A stretch of DNA of 50,701 bases from contig CALVXT010000001.1 in NCBI GenBank assembly GCA_944371545.1, forward strand, positions 1 to 50,701, given 5' to 3'. The DNA comes from an uncultured Bacilli bacterium. Its GTDB lineage: Bacteria; Bacillota_I; Bacilli_A; RF39; UBA660. Below the pieces are notes generated by a model, which saw nothing but the letters and a program-made list of their open reading frames with translations, ran no database searches and had not been told where the DNA came from. Position 1 is the stretch's first letter. Each line of letters starts with the position of its first letter. Shown one piece after another: positions 34,811 through 43,376 of this stretch. The position numbers were made by a program, and so were the translations under genes.

Positions 34811-36713
34811 AGGAAATTATGGCGATAGCGATATTCAAGTCTTAGAAGGATTGGAAGCTGTACGTAAACGTCCAGGAATGTATATTGGTAATACGAATGA
34901 AGCTGGTTTACATCATTTGGTCTGGGAAATTGTGGATAACGCAGTTGATGAAGCTTTAGCTGGTTATTGCGATGATATTGAAGTTGAAATAGAAAAAGGA
35001 AATGTTATTACTGTAAAAGATGATGGTCGTGGTATGCCGACTGGTATGAATGAAAAAACGGGTTTATCTACTATCGAAACAATTTTTACAGTATTGCATG
35101 CTGGCGGTAAGTTTGGTGGCGGTGGCTATAAGGTTTCTGGAGGACTTCATGGTGTTGGAGCTAGCGTAGTTAATGCTTTATCTGACTGGTTAGAAGTTCG
35201 TGTTTATCGTGATGGTAAAGTCTATTATCAAAGATTTGAAAATGGAGGACATCCAGTTGAACCTTTAAAAGTAATTGATGAATGTAGTGTAGATCGTACT
35301 GGAACTACAGTTACTTTTCATGCTGATCCAACTATGTTTGAAACTACTGTTTATAATTGGGATACATTATATAAAAGACTACAAGAAATGGCTTTTTTAA
35401 ATAAAGGTATAAGAATTACTTTGATTGATCATCGTGAAGATGAAAGGAAAGAGATTTTCCATTATAATGGTGGAATTATTGAATATGTACAAATGCTTAA
35501 TAAACATAAACAGCCTTTATTTGATGATGTTGTTTATGTAGAGGGCAGAGAAGAAGATATATTGATTGAAGTAGCTATGCAATATAATGATAGTTATAAT
35601 GCAGCAATTTATTCTTTTACTAATAATATTCATACAACTGAGGGTGGTACTCACGAAGATGGTGCCAAGCAAGCTTTAACGAGAGTTATTAACAACTACG
35701 CTAAGCAAAATAAGCTTTTAAAAGATAATGATGATAGTTTAACAGGCGAGGATGTTCGTGAAGGAATTGTCATGATTGTTTCTTGTAAGCATCCAAATCC
35801 TCAATTTGAAGGACAAACTAAAACAAAATTGGGAAATAGTGAAGTTAAAAAAATAGCTAGCGATGTATTTGGTAATGGTTTAGAACGTTTTTTAATGGAA
35901 AATCCTGATGCAGCAAGAGTAATTGTCGAGAAATGTATGACTGCTTCTAGAGCTAGACTTGCAGCTAAAAAGGCAAGAGAGTTAACCAGAAGAAAAGGCG
36001 ATTTAGATATTACAAACTTTTATGGTAAATTGTCTGATTGTAAGAGTAAAGATCCTTCTGAATGTGAAATTTTCTTAGTCGAGGGCGATAGTGCAGGTGG
36101 TTCTGCTAAAAAGGGTAGAAATAGTATGACTCAAGCCATTCTTCCTTTGCGAGGAAAAATATTAAATGTTGAGAAAGCACGTTTAGATAGAGCTTTATCT
36201 AATGAAGAAATTCGAACTATTATTACTGCTTTTGGTACAGGAATTGGCGATGAGTTTGATTTATCTAAGTTAAGATATAATAAAATTATTATTATGACAG
36301 ATGCCGATGTCGATGGATCACATATTCGTGTTTTGTTATTAACCTTATTTTACCGCTTTTTTAAGCCTATTGTTGAAGCAGGACATGTATATGCTGCACA
36401 ACCTCCATTATTTAGTATTAAACATGGTAAAACCATTAAATATGTTTTAACAGAAGAAGAAAAGAATGAATATATTTCAAGTTTACCATCTTCTACTAAA
36501 TATGAAATTGGTAGAATGAAGGGGTTAGGTGAAATGAACGCTGATGAGTTATTTGAAACAACTATGGATATAGAAAAACGGACTTTAAGACAAATAACTG
36601 TTGATGATACAATTGCTGCAGATGAAATTTTTTCAACACTTATGGGGGAAGAGGTTGAACCTAGACGTAAGTTTATTGAAGAAAATGCTCAATATGCGGA
36701 TTTGGATATTTAG
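34794..36713 (+). CDS. gyrB: DNA gyrase subunit B
   Basis: GHKL motifs ([22 protein letters not shown]), Toprim ([14 protein letters not shown]) and [13 protein letters not shown] 34794 lies 7 nt after GGAGGAG. Confidence 0.97.
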   Translation: MKEENKGNYGDSDIQVLEGLEAVRKRPGMYIGNTNEAGLHHLVWEIVDNAVDEALAGYCDDIEVEIEKGNVITVKDDGRGMPTGMNEKTGLSTIETIFTVLHAGGKFGGGGYKVSGGLHGVGASVVNALSDWLEVRVYRDGKVYYQRFENGGHPVEPLKVIDECSVDRTGTTVTFHADPTMFETTVYNWDTLYKRLQEMAFLNKGIRITLIDHREDERKEIFHYNGGIIEYVQMLNKHKQPLFDDVVYVEGREEDILIEVAMQYNDSYNAAIYSFTNNIHTTEGGTHEDGAKQALTRVINNYAKQNKLLKDNDDSLTGEDVREGIVMIVSCKHPNPQFEGQTKTKLGNSEVKKIASDVFGNGLERFLMENPDAARVIVEKCMTASRARLAAKKARELTRRKGDLDITNFYGKLSDCKSKDPSECEIFLVEGDSAGGSAKKGRNSMTQAILPLRGKILNVEKARLDRALSNEEIRTIITAFGTGIGDEFDLSKLRYNKIIIMTDADVDGSHIRVLLLTLFYRFFKPIVEAGHVYAAQPPLFSIKHGKTIKYVLTEEEKNEYISSLPSSTKYEIGRMKGLGEMNADELFETTMDIEKRTLRQITVDDTIAADEIFSTLMGEEVEPRRKFIEENAQYADLDI

Positions 36714-36723
36714 GAGGTAAACT

Positions 36724-39168
36724 ATGGATCGTTTAGAAAAAAATAATATTGTTACAGAAGTTAGTAAATCTTTTGTTGATTATTCTGTAAGTGTTATAAC
36801 CTCGCGTGCTTTACCGGATTTACGAGATGGTTTAAAACCTGTTCACCGAAGAATTTTATATTCTATGTATCAATCTGGTTATACTTATGATAAACAACAT
36901 AAAAAATGTGCTCGTATCGTTGGAGATGTCATGGGTAAATTTCACCCTCATGGTGATTCTTCAATATATGATGCATTAGTACGTATGGCTCAGGATTTTA
37001 GTTATAGATATCCACTTATAGATGGACATGGAAACTTTGGTAATATGGATGGAGATGGCGCAGCTGCAATGCGTTATACTGAATCTAGATTGGCTAAAAT
37101 TTCCGCAGAATTACTAAGAGATATTAATAAAAATACTGTGGATATGACTCCAAACTTTGATGAATTAGAAGAGGAACCTGTTGTTTTACCTAGTAGATTT
37201 CCAAATATATTGGTAAATGGTACAATGGGTATTGCTGTTGGTATGGCGACGAATATTCCTCCACATAATTTGGGTGAAGTAATTGATGGATGTGTTGCTT
37301 ATATTGATAATCCTGAAATTGATACACTTGGATTGATGCAATATATAAAAGGACCAGATTTTCCAACTGGTGCAACGATTTTAGGTAATAGCGGTATTAA
37401 AAAAGCATATGAAACTGGAAGAGGAACAATTACTATTCGTAGTAAGGCTAATATAGAAGAGAAGAATGGCCGTTTTCAAATTGTTTTTGAAGAAGTTCCT
37501 TATGGTGTAAATACTTTAGAATTAAAAAATAAAGTTGCAGAATTAGTTCATAATAAGGTAATTGATGGAATCGCAGATTATCATTCAGATTTAAAAGATG
37601 GAATTAAAATAACTATTACTTTAAAGAGAGATGCTAATCCTCAAGTTGTTTTAAATAATTTATATAAACATACTTCTTTTCAAATTTCTTATGGAATCAT
37701 TTTGCTAATGATTGATCAAGGAGTTCCTAAAACATTAGGGTTAAAGGACATTATTAGTAAGTATATAGATTTTCAAAGAGAAGTTATTGTTCGTAGAACT
37801 CGGTTTGATTTAGAAAAAGCTGAAGCACGTGTTCATATTTTAGAAGGATTAAAAATAGCTTTAGATCATATCGATGAAGTTATTAAGATTATTCGTGGTA
37901 GTAGAACTGATGTTCAAGCTAAAGAAGCTTTAATGAGTCGTTTTGGGCTTTCAGAGATTCAAAGTGATGCAATTCTTGAGATGAGATTACGTCGTCTTAC
38001 TGGATTAGAAAAAGATAAAATAGAAGCTGAATTGGCTGAATTATTAAAGAAAATTGAAGAATACAAAGAAATTTTAGCTAGTGATGAAAAAGTTTTAGCA
38101 ATTATTCGTGCTGAATTATTAGAAATTAAGGAAAAATATGCTGATGAACGTCGTACAAATATTGATATGACTGCTATTGAGTATATTGAGGATGAATCTT
38201 TAATTCCTGAAGAAAATATTATGATTGCTTTAACAAACAAGGGATATATTAAGAGAACAACTACAGATACTTTTAAATCTCAAAATAGAGGTGGTGTAGG
38301 TGTTAAGGGAATGGCAACTAATGAAGAGGATTTTGTAGAGCATTTACTTAACTTATCCACTCATGATTATGTATTGTTCTTTACAAATAAAGGTAAAGTA
38401 TATCGTTTAAAAGGATATGAAATTCCAGAGTTTAGTCGTCAATCTAAGGGAATTCCAGTTATCAACTTATTACAAATAGATAAAGATGAGTCTATTAATT
38501 CTATGATTAAAATTACTAAGGATGATGAATCTAAGTTCTTGTTATTTGCGACTCGTAAGGGAATTGTTAAGAAAACTGCTTTGGAGGAATTTGAAAATAT
38601 TCGAACAAATGGTAAAATTTGTATTACATTACGGGAAAATGATGAGTTAATTAGCGTTCGTAAGACTAAAGGTAATGATATGATATTACTAGGTTCTAGT
38701 TCAGGCAGAATGGTTAAGTTTAATGAATCGGAAATTCGTGTAATGGGAAGAACCGCTAGTGGTGTACGAGGAATTAATTTAGACGGTAATGTTTGTATTG
38801 GAGCAGAAATTGCTACTGATGATGATAAAATATTGATTGTTACTGAAAAAGGATACGGAAAACAAACAAATGTTCGCGAATATAGACAGACAAGTCGTGG
38901 TAGTAAAGGGGTTAAGGCATTAAATATTACTGATAAAAATGGTTCTATAGCTGCCTTTAAGTTAGTTGGTGAAAATAACGATGTAGTTATTATTACAAAT
39001 ACTGGAATGTTAATTCGATTGCCATTAGATCAAGTTTCTACTTTAGGTCGTGTAACTCAAGGTGTACGTTTGATTCATTTAAAAGATAATCAAAATGTAG
39101 CGACGATTAGTATAGTTGAACATGAAGAAAAAGAATTGGTTAATCAAGAAGAAGAATCAGAGTCTTAA
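36724..39168 (+). CDS. gyrA: DNA gyrase subunit A
   Basis: Active-site region [23 protein letters not shown], and C-terminal beta-pinwheel repeats. Confidence 0.97.
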   Translation: MDRLEKNNIVTEVSKSFVDYSVSVITSRALPDLRDGLKPVHRRILYSMYQSGYTYDKQHKKCARIVGDVMGKFHPHGDSSIYDALVRMAQDFSYRYPLIDGHGNFGNMDGDGAAAMRYTESRLAKISAELLRDINKNTVDMTPNFDELEEEPVVLPSRFPNILVNGTMGIAVGMATNIPPHNLGEVIDGCVAYIDNPEIDTLGLMQYIKGPDFPTGATILGNSGIKKAYETGRGTITIRSKANIEEKNGRFQIVFEEVPYGVNTLELKNKVAELVHNKVIDGIADYHSDLKDGIKITITLKRDANPQVVLNNLYKHTSFQISYGIILLMIDQGVPKTLGLKDIISKYIDFQREVIVRRTRFDLEKAEARVHILEGLKIALDHIDEVIKIIRGSRTDVQAKEALMSRFGLSEIQSDAILEMRLRRLTGLEKDKIEAELAELLKKIEEYKEILASDEKVLAIIRAELLEIKEKYADERRTNIDMTAIEYIEDESLIPEENIMIALTNKGYIKRTTTDTFKSQNRGGVGVKGMATNEEDFVEHLLNLSTHDYVLFFTNKGKVYRLKGYEIPEFSRQSKGIPVINLLQIDKDESINSMIKITKDDESKFLLFATRKGIVKKTALEEFENIRTNGKICITLRENDELISVRKTKGNDMILLGSSSGRMVKFNESEIRVMGRTASGVRGINLDGNVCIGAEIATDDDKILIVTEKGYGKQTNVREYRQTSRGSKGVKALNITDKNGSIAAFKLVGENNDVVIITNTGMLIRLPLDQVSTLGRVTQGVRLIHLKDNQNVATISIVEHEEKELVNQEEESES

Positions 39169-39186
39169 TAAACTGATTCTTTTTTT
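39154..39186 (+). terminator. Rho-independent terminator at the end of gyrA
   Basis: Stem GAATCAG (39154-39160) / CTGATTC (39173-39179), with the stop codon in the loop, then T7. Confidence 0.6.
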
Positions 39187-39187
39187 A

Positions 39188-39203
39188 TGTTTCACGTGAA
39201 ACA
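39188..39203. promoter_or_regulatory. parS 1
   Basis: TGTTTCACGTGAAACA, a perfect 16-bp palindrome. Confidence 0.9.
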
Positions 39204-39234
39204 TTAGTATTTTGAATTTAATGTTTATAACCAA

Positions 39235-39250
39235 TGTTTCACGTGAAACT
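39235..39250. promoter_or_regulatory. parS 2
   Basis: TGTTTCACGTGAAACT, with one terminal mismatch. Confidence 0.85.
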
Positions 39251-39293
39251 ATATTTAATTTGTTTTAAATATCTTGAATGTGTATAAGTTATA

Positions 39294-39309
39294 TGTTCCA
39301 CGTGAAACA
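39294..39309. promoter_or_regulatory. parS 3
   Basis: TGTTCCACGTGAAACA, identical to the canonical B. subtilis parS. Confidence 0.9.
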
Positions 39310-39470
39310 TATCTAAGTTTTACTGATTTTATTTATATGTAATAAAATCAATTTGTTAATAATTATCTTTGTTTTAATATATTATTTTGAATTAATATCA
39401 TTTTTATATAAGTATATAATTTGTTTTTTTCTTCAATATTATTTATTTTAAATGAAGTGTTTATAACTCA

Positions 39471-39486
39471 TGTTCCACGTGAAACA
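39471..39486. promoter_or_regulatory. parS 4
   Basis: TGTTCCACGTGAAACA, identical to the canonical B. subtilis parS. Confidence 0.9.
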
Positions 39487-39565
39487 TATATGTTTTTTTA
39501 TGAAATTATTTTTTTATAAATATTTTTTATAAATTTCTTTTTTTTGTTTCCACTGTTGATAACAA

Positions 39566-39581
39566 TGTTTCACGTGAAACG
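39566..39581. promoter_or_regulatory. parS 5
   Basis: TGTTTCACGTGAAACG, with one terminal mismatch. Confidence 0.85.
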
Positions 39582-39788
39582 TTGGATAAAATTTATTTTA
39601 AAATTTTGTTTATTTTTTACTAAAAATTTTAATACTTTTTTATATTATAGTGAATATGTGTATAAGTTTTATATTTTTCGTTAGTAAATAAGAATATTTC
39701 TTTATTATAAAAATGATTCAATCATTTATTATTTTTTTGTAATAATAATTTGCTTCGTTTTTTTAGTTGTGAAAATTTCAAAATAAAT

Positions 39789-39802
39789 ATTTCCCGGGAA
39801 AT
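39789..39802. promoter_or_regulatory. Noc-binding-site palindrome ATTTCCCGGGAAAT inside the parS array
   Basis: Exact 14-mer, located 22 nt upstream of parS 6. Confidence 0.75.
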
Positions 39803-39824
39803 AATTTTGATGTTTATAACCCGA

Positions 39825-39840
39825 TGTTTCACGTGGAACA
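39825..39840. promoter_or_regulatory. parS 6
   Basis: TGTTTCACGTGGAACA, the reverse complement of the canonical TGTTCCACGTGAAACA. Confidence 0.9.
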
Positions 39841-39935
39841 TATGAAAAAATGTTTTTTTTTGAAAGTTTATAACTATTTTTAGAAAAAATTAAGACATCT
39901 TTTAAAAAAATCATTATTTATTTGGAATTTCACAA

Positions 39936-39951
39936 TGTTTCACGTGAAACG
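39936..39951. promoter_or_regulatory. parS 7
   Basis: TGTTTCACGTGAAACG, with one terminal mismatch. Confidence 0.85.
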
Positions 39952-39998
39952 TTATAAAATATGTTGAAACTATGATTCTTTTTTGATAAAATTAATAC

Positions 39999-40069
39999 GT
40001 GCAACAAATATATTGTAATCTGGTCAGGATCGGAAGATAGCAGCCACGTCAATCCCTGTTTGTGTGCAC
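39999..40069 (+). ncRNA. ffs: Small (4.5S-type) signal recognition particle RNA
   Basis: Conserved domain IV core CUGGUCAGGAUCGGAAGAUAGCAGCC. It is closed by the terminal helix GUGCA...UGCAC and followed by T7 (40070-40076). Confidence 0.85.
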
Positions 40070-40089
40070 TTTTTTTATGGAGGAAAATC

Positions 40090-40506
40090 ATGGATAGTTC
40101 TTATATAGATGTTTGTATTGAGGAAGCTAAACTTAGTTATCAACAAGGAGATGTACCCATTGGGGCTGTAATCGTTCAAAATGGTAAGATTCTTGCTAAA
40201 GGGCATAATACTCGAGAATTTAATCACGATATTTTAGGACATGCTGAGATAAATGTTATCAGAGAGGCATCTAAAATCTTGAAAAGATGGAATTTAGCTG
40301 ATTGTGAGCTTTATGTAACTTTAAAACCTTGTTCAATGTGTACTGAAATTATCAAACAATCTCGAATTTTAAAGGTTTTTTACTTACTTGATAAATTGGA
40401 TTATAAAAAAGAGTTTTCTAAAAGTGAATTTTTTAAAATTGAAAGTAGTAAAAACGAACAAATGTATCATAAAATGATTAGCGATTTTTTTAAAGATAAA
40501 AGGTAA
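40090..40506 (+). CDS. tadA: tRNA-specific adenosine(34) deaminase
   Basis: CDA zinc motifs HAEINVI and PCSMC. ATG 40090 lies behind GGAGGA; the track ORF start at 40060 would overlap the SRP RNA. Confidence 0.9.
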   Translation: MDSSYIDVCIEEAKLSYQQGDVPIGAVIVQNGKILAKGHNTREFNHDILGHAEINVIREASKILKRWNLADCELYVTLKPCSMCTEIIKQSRILKVFYLLDKLDYKKEFSKSEFFKIESSKNEQMYHKMISDFFKDKR

Positions 40507-40567
40507 GCTTTATGATATAATGATATTTAGAAATTATTAGATATTTTTTTATGAAAGCGGGGTTTTT

Positions 40568-42202
40568 ATGGAGTATAAGGTTTTGTATCGTAAGTATAGG
40601 CCAACATGTTTTAAAAATATTGTAGGTCAAGAATATACAGTAAAGATGCTTCAAAATGCTATTATCCACAATAAAATTGCTCATTCGTATTTATTTACTG
40701 GTCCACGTGGTACAGGTAAAACGAGTACAGCTAAGGTTTTTGCCAAGACAATTAATTGTGAACATTTAGTTGATGGCGAAGCTTGTGGAAAGTGTAATGC
40801 TTGTTTATCTTTTGAACAAAGTCCTGATATAATTGAAATTGATGCTGCTTCTAATAATGGAGTGGATGACATTCGTGAGCTTATTAATAATGTGAAGGTA
40901 GCTCCAACAGAAGGAAAGTATAAGATTTATATTATTGATGAGGTTCATATGATGACAACAAGTGCTTTCAATGCTTTGTTATTAACGTTGGAGGAACCTC
41001 CAGCTCATGCTATTTTTATAATGGCAACTACGAATGTTGAGAGTGTTCCGATAACTATTTTATCTCGTTGTCAACGTTTTAATTTTAAGAAATTTTCTCT
41101 TGATGATTTAATCAAGCAAATTCGTTATGTTTGTGAACAAGAGAAGATATCTATAACTGATGAAGCCATCACAGAAATAGCTTATTTATCTGAAGGGGGA
41201 ATGCGTGATGCTTTAAGTTTACTTGATCAGTTATCTTCTTTGGGAGAAGAGATTACTATTGATAGTATTTTAACTAATTATGGCTCTATTTCTATGAAAT
41301 TTATTCGTGATTTATTAGAAAATGTTGCAAATCATAACATTTCTTTGGTTCATGAATCTTTACAAGAATTAGCAAATACATCATCAGATTATAAAGTGTT
41401 TATTAAAAAAATTATTCAACAGTTGTCTGATATTGCTGTATCTATAGCAACGGATACTTATACAGGAAATTTTAGTTATTCACAGATAAAAAATATTATA
41501 TTTGAGTTGAATGATTGTTTAAATAAAATTAATATTAATATTAATCCGTTTGTTTTAATTGAGATGATTTTGTTAGGCTCTTATGAAGAAAAAAATGTGA
41601 AAAATGTGGATAACTACGCTGAAAATGTGCATAAGATATTAGAAAAAAGTATTGAAGAAGAGAAAAAGGAGCAAAATTCAGTAAAAATAGAAGAAAAAGT
41701 TGATGATTCTTCTAATGAAAATAAATTGCAAGAGGAAGAGTATATAAGAAAGATGGTTAAAATTCGTGTGAACAACTGTTTTTCTGAGGCTAAAAAAGAA
41801 TCATTGAAATTATTTCAGTCAGTTTGGGAAAAAGTTCTTGATGATGAAAATGTTACCCCAAATATTAAATCTTTTGTTTTGGATTCAACTGTTGTAGCAG
41901 CCTCTGATAAATATTGTATTTTGTCTTCTAAATTGGAAAGTACGGTTTATTTAATTAATAAGAATGTTGATAAGATTTCTTTAGAATTGCAATCTTATTT
42001 TGAAAATCCTGTTTATTTTGTTTCATTAAGTGAGGCAGAATGGAAAAAGGAAAAACAGGAATATGCTAAAACGATTAAAAATGGTGGAAAATATAGTGTT
42101 ATATCTGAATCAGAACTTGAAGAATTAAAACCTAAAGTTCAGTCAGAACTTGAAGAAATTGCCACAAATGTGTTTAATCGTGATAAAATAGAAATGGTTT
42201 AA
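40568..42202 (+). CDS. dnaX: DNA polymerase III subunit gamma/tau
   Basis: Walker A GPRGTGKTS, the Zn module CGKCNAC, and DEVHMMT and SRCQRF motifs. Confidence 0.95.
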   Translation: MEYKVLYRKYRPTCFKNIVGQEYTVKMLQNAIIHNKIAHSYLFTGPRGTGKTSTAKVFAKTINCEHLVDGEACGKCNACLSFEQSPDIIEIDAASNNGVDDIRELINNVKVAPTEGKYKIYIIDEVHMMTTSAFNALLLTLEEPPAHAIFIMATTNVESVPITILSRCQRFNFKKFSLDDLIKQIRYVCEQEKISITDEAITEIAYLSEGGMRDALSLLDQLSSLGEEITIDSILTNYGSISMKFIRDLLENVANHNISLVHESLQELANTSSDYKVFIKKIIQQLSDIAVSIATDTYTGNFSYSQIKNIIFELNDCLNKINININPFVLIEMILLGSYEEKNVKNVDNYAENVHKILEKSIEEEKKEQNSVKIEEKVDDSSNENKLQEEEYIRKMVKIRVNNCFSEAKKESLKLFQSVWEKVLDDENVTPNIKSFVLDSTVVAASDKYCILSSKLESTVYLINKNVDKISLELQSYFENPVYFVSLSEAEWKKEKQEYAKTIKNGGKYSVISESELEELKPKVQSELEEIATNVFNRDKIEMV

Positions 42203-42224
42203 AAGAAAAGGAGAGATAATCGTT

Positions 42225-42521
42225 ATGAATATGCAAAGTATTATGGCACAAGCTCAAAAAATGCAAAGAGATTTACAAAAAAAGAAGGAAGAAATTAATG
42301 CTCAATTATTTCCCGGGAAATATGAGTTTGTTGAAGTGACGTTAAATGGTAAGAAAGAAATGGTAAGATGTAAGATTGATAAAGAGCAATTGGATGCTTC
42401 AGATATTGAACTTTTAGAAGATTTTATTGTATTAGCAACAAAAGATGCAATTCAAAAAATTGATAAAGAATTTCAAGCAAAAATGGGACAATATGCTGGA
42501 ATGTTAGATGGTTTGATGTAA
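42225..42521 (+). CDS. ybaB: YbaB/EbfC-family nucleoid-associated protein
   Basis: 98 aa, with the MQKMQRDLQKKKEE N-terminus typical of the family. Located between dnaX and recR. Confidence 0.9.
   Translation: MNMQSIMAQAQKMQRDLQKKKEEINAQLFPGKYEFVEVTLNGKKEMVRCKIDKEQLDASDIELLEDFIVLATKDAIQKIDKEFQAKMGQYAGMLDGLM
42308..42321. promoter_or_regulatory. Noc-binding-site palindrome ATTTCCCGGGAAAT inside ybaB
   Basis: Exact 14-mer. It encodes LFPGKY in the ybaB frame. Confidence 0.7.
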
Positions 42522-42522
42522 G

Positions 42523-43128
42523 ATGGGAGTTTATCCAAAAAATTTTGAAGCATTAGTTGAATCTTTAAAGAAATTTCCAGGTGTTGGTGAAAAAAGCGCT
42601 GAAAGAATGGCCTTATCTATATTGGATATGTCTTTGGAAGATATTGAGTTGATGAGGGAAGCTCTTTTAAATTGTAAGAAGGATTTACATCCTTGTTCCG
42701 TTTGTGGTTATTTAACAGATCAAGAAGTTTGTCCTATTTGTTCTGATGAATCAAGAGACAAAAATTTAATTTGTGTTGTTGAGGATTATAAAAGTGCTTT
42801 TGCTTTTGAAAAAGTAGGAAATTTTAAAGGTGTTTATCATATTTTAAATGGTCTTATTTCCCCAATGCTTAATAAAGGAGCTGAAGATATTAATCTATCT
42901 TCTTTGGGGCGACGAATTGAGAATTTAAAACATCCTGAACTTATTTTGGCTTTAGGTAGTTCACTTGAAGCTGAAACTACTATTTTATATATTAAAGAAA
43001 TTTTTAAATCTAAAGATGTTACAATAAGTCGACTTTCGCATGGAATTCCTATGGGAGCTGAGATTGAATACTTAGATATGATGACTTTAGATAAAGCCTT
43101 GTTTGATCGAAAAGTTATATCGGAATAA
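42523..43128 (+). CDS. recR: Recombination protein RecR
   Basis: HhH motif (LKKFPGVGEKSAERMA), C4 zinc finger (CSVCGYLTDQEVCPIC), and Toprim domain. Confidence 0.95.
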   Translation: MGVYPKNFEALVESLKKFPGVGEKSAERMALSILDMSLEDIELMREALLNCKKDLHPCSVCGYLTDQEVCPICSDESRDKNLICVVEDYKSAFAFEKVGNFKGVYHILNGLISPMLNKGAEDINLSSLGRRIENLKHPELILALGSSLEAETTILYIKEIFKSKDVTISRLSHGIPMGAEIEYLDMMTLDKALFDRKVISE

Positions 43129-43143
43129 AAATCCGATTTTTTT
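43119..43143 (+). terminator. Rho-independent terminator after recR
   Basis: ATCGGA-ATAAAAA-TCCGAT followed by T7. Confidence 0.6.
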
Positions 43144-43165
43144 CATATCTTTTATTAGGAGATAA

Positions 43166-43360
43166 ATGCCTATGTTAAAGAAAATCTATGTTGTAATAAA
43201 GAAAATTGTTTTTGCTTTTTTAATGCTTTATGGATTAAATTATTTTATTTCATCTTTACAAATTTATATACCCATAAATGTTATTACTGTTGGTGTAGTT
43301 AGTTTATTAGGTATTCCGGGGCTTTCTTCTTTAATTATTTTATATTTTATAGTAAAATAA
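43166..43360 (+). CDS. bofA: Pro-sigma-K processing inhibitor BofA
   Basis: IYIPINVITVGVVSLLGIPG matches B. subtilis BofA IHVPINLVTTAISGILGIPG. Same position after recR. Confidence 0.8.
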   Translation: MPMLKKIYVVIKKIVFAFLMLYGLNYFISSLQIYIPINVITVGVVSLLGIPGLSSLIILYFIVK

Positions 43361-43376
43361 TCTTGGGTGAGAAATT

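Larger units (their letters stand above)
39188..39951. repeat. Array of seven parS (ParB centromere) palindromes in non-coding DNA
   Basis: Seven 16-mers match TGTTNCACGTGAAACA with 0-1 mismatch, at 39188, 39235, 39294, 39471, 39566, 39825 and 39936. No credible ORF lies in the ~830-bp gyrA-SRP RNA spacer. Confidence 0.9.

Noticed and set aside
37190-38240. Minus-strand track ORFs inside gyrA (37190-37375, 37959-38240). Small antisense ORFs also lie in dnaX, bofA and mfd (40490-40872, 43264-43455, 47307-47892).
   Set aside because: They are antisense to, or out of frame with, well-supported genes and have no independent support.
39729-39914. 61-aa minus-strand ORF from the track, inside the gyrA-ffs spacer.
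   Set aside because: It spans a parS site and the NBS palindrome (which gives ...YFPGN...), has no SD, and has a low-complexity Lys/Ile/Phe composition. It is most likely a chance ORF.
39188-39951. I considered whether the repeated palindromes could be a CRISPR array or a REP/MITE family.
   Set aside because: The repeats are only 16 bp, perfectly palindromic and irregularly spaced (47-259 bp). No cas genes are present. The repeats match the parS consensus exactly, so the centromere interpretation is far better.
40699-40714. parS-like TGGTCCACGTGGTACA inside dnaX.
   Set aside because: It has at least 2-3 mismatches to parS. The CCACGTGG core is dictated by the Walker A peptide GPRGTG. Weak ParB binding cannot be excluded, but I do not count it.
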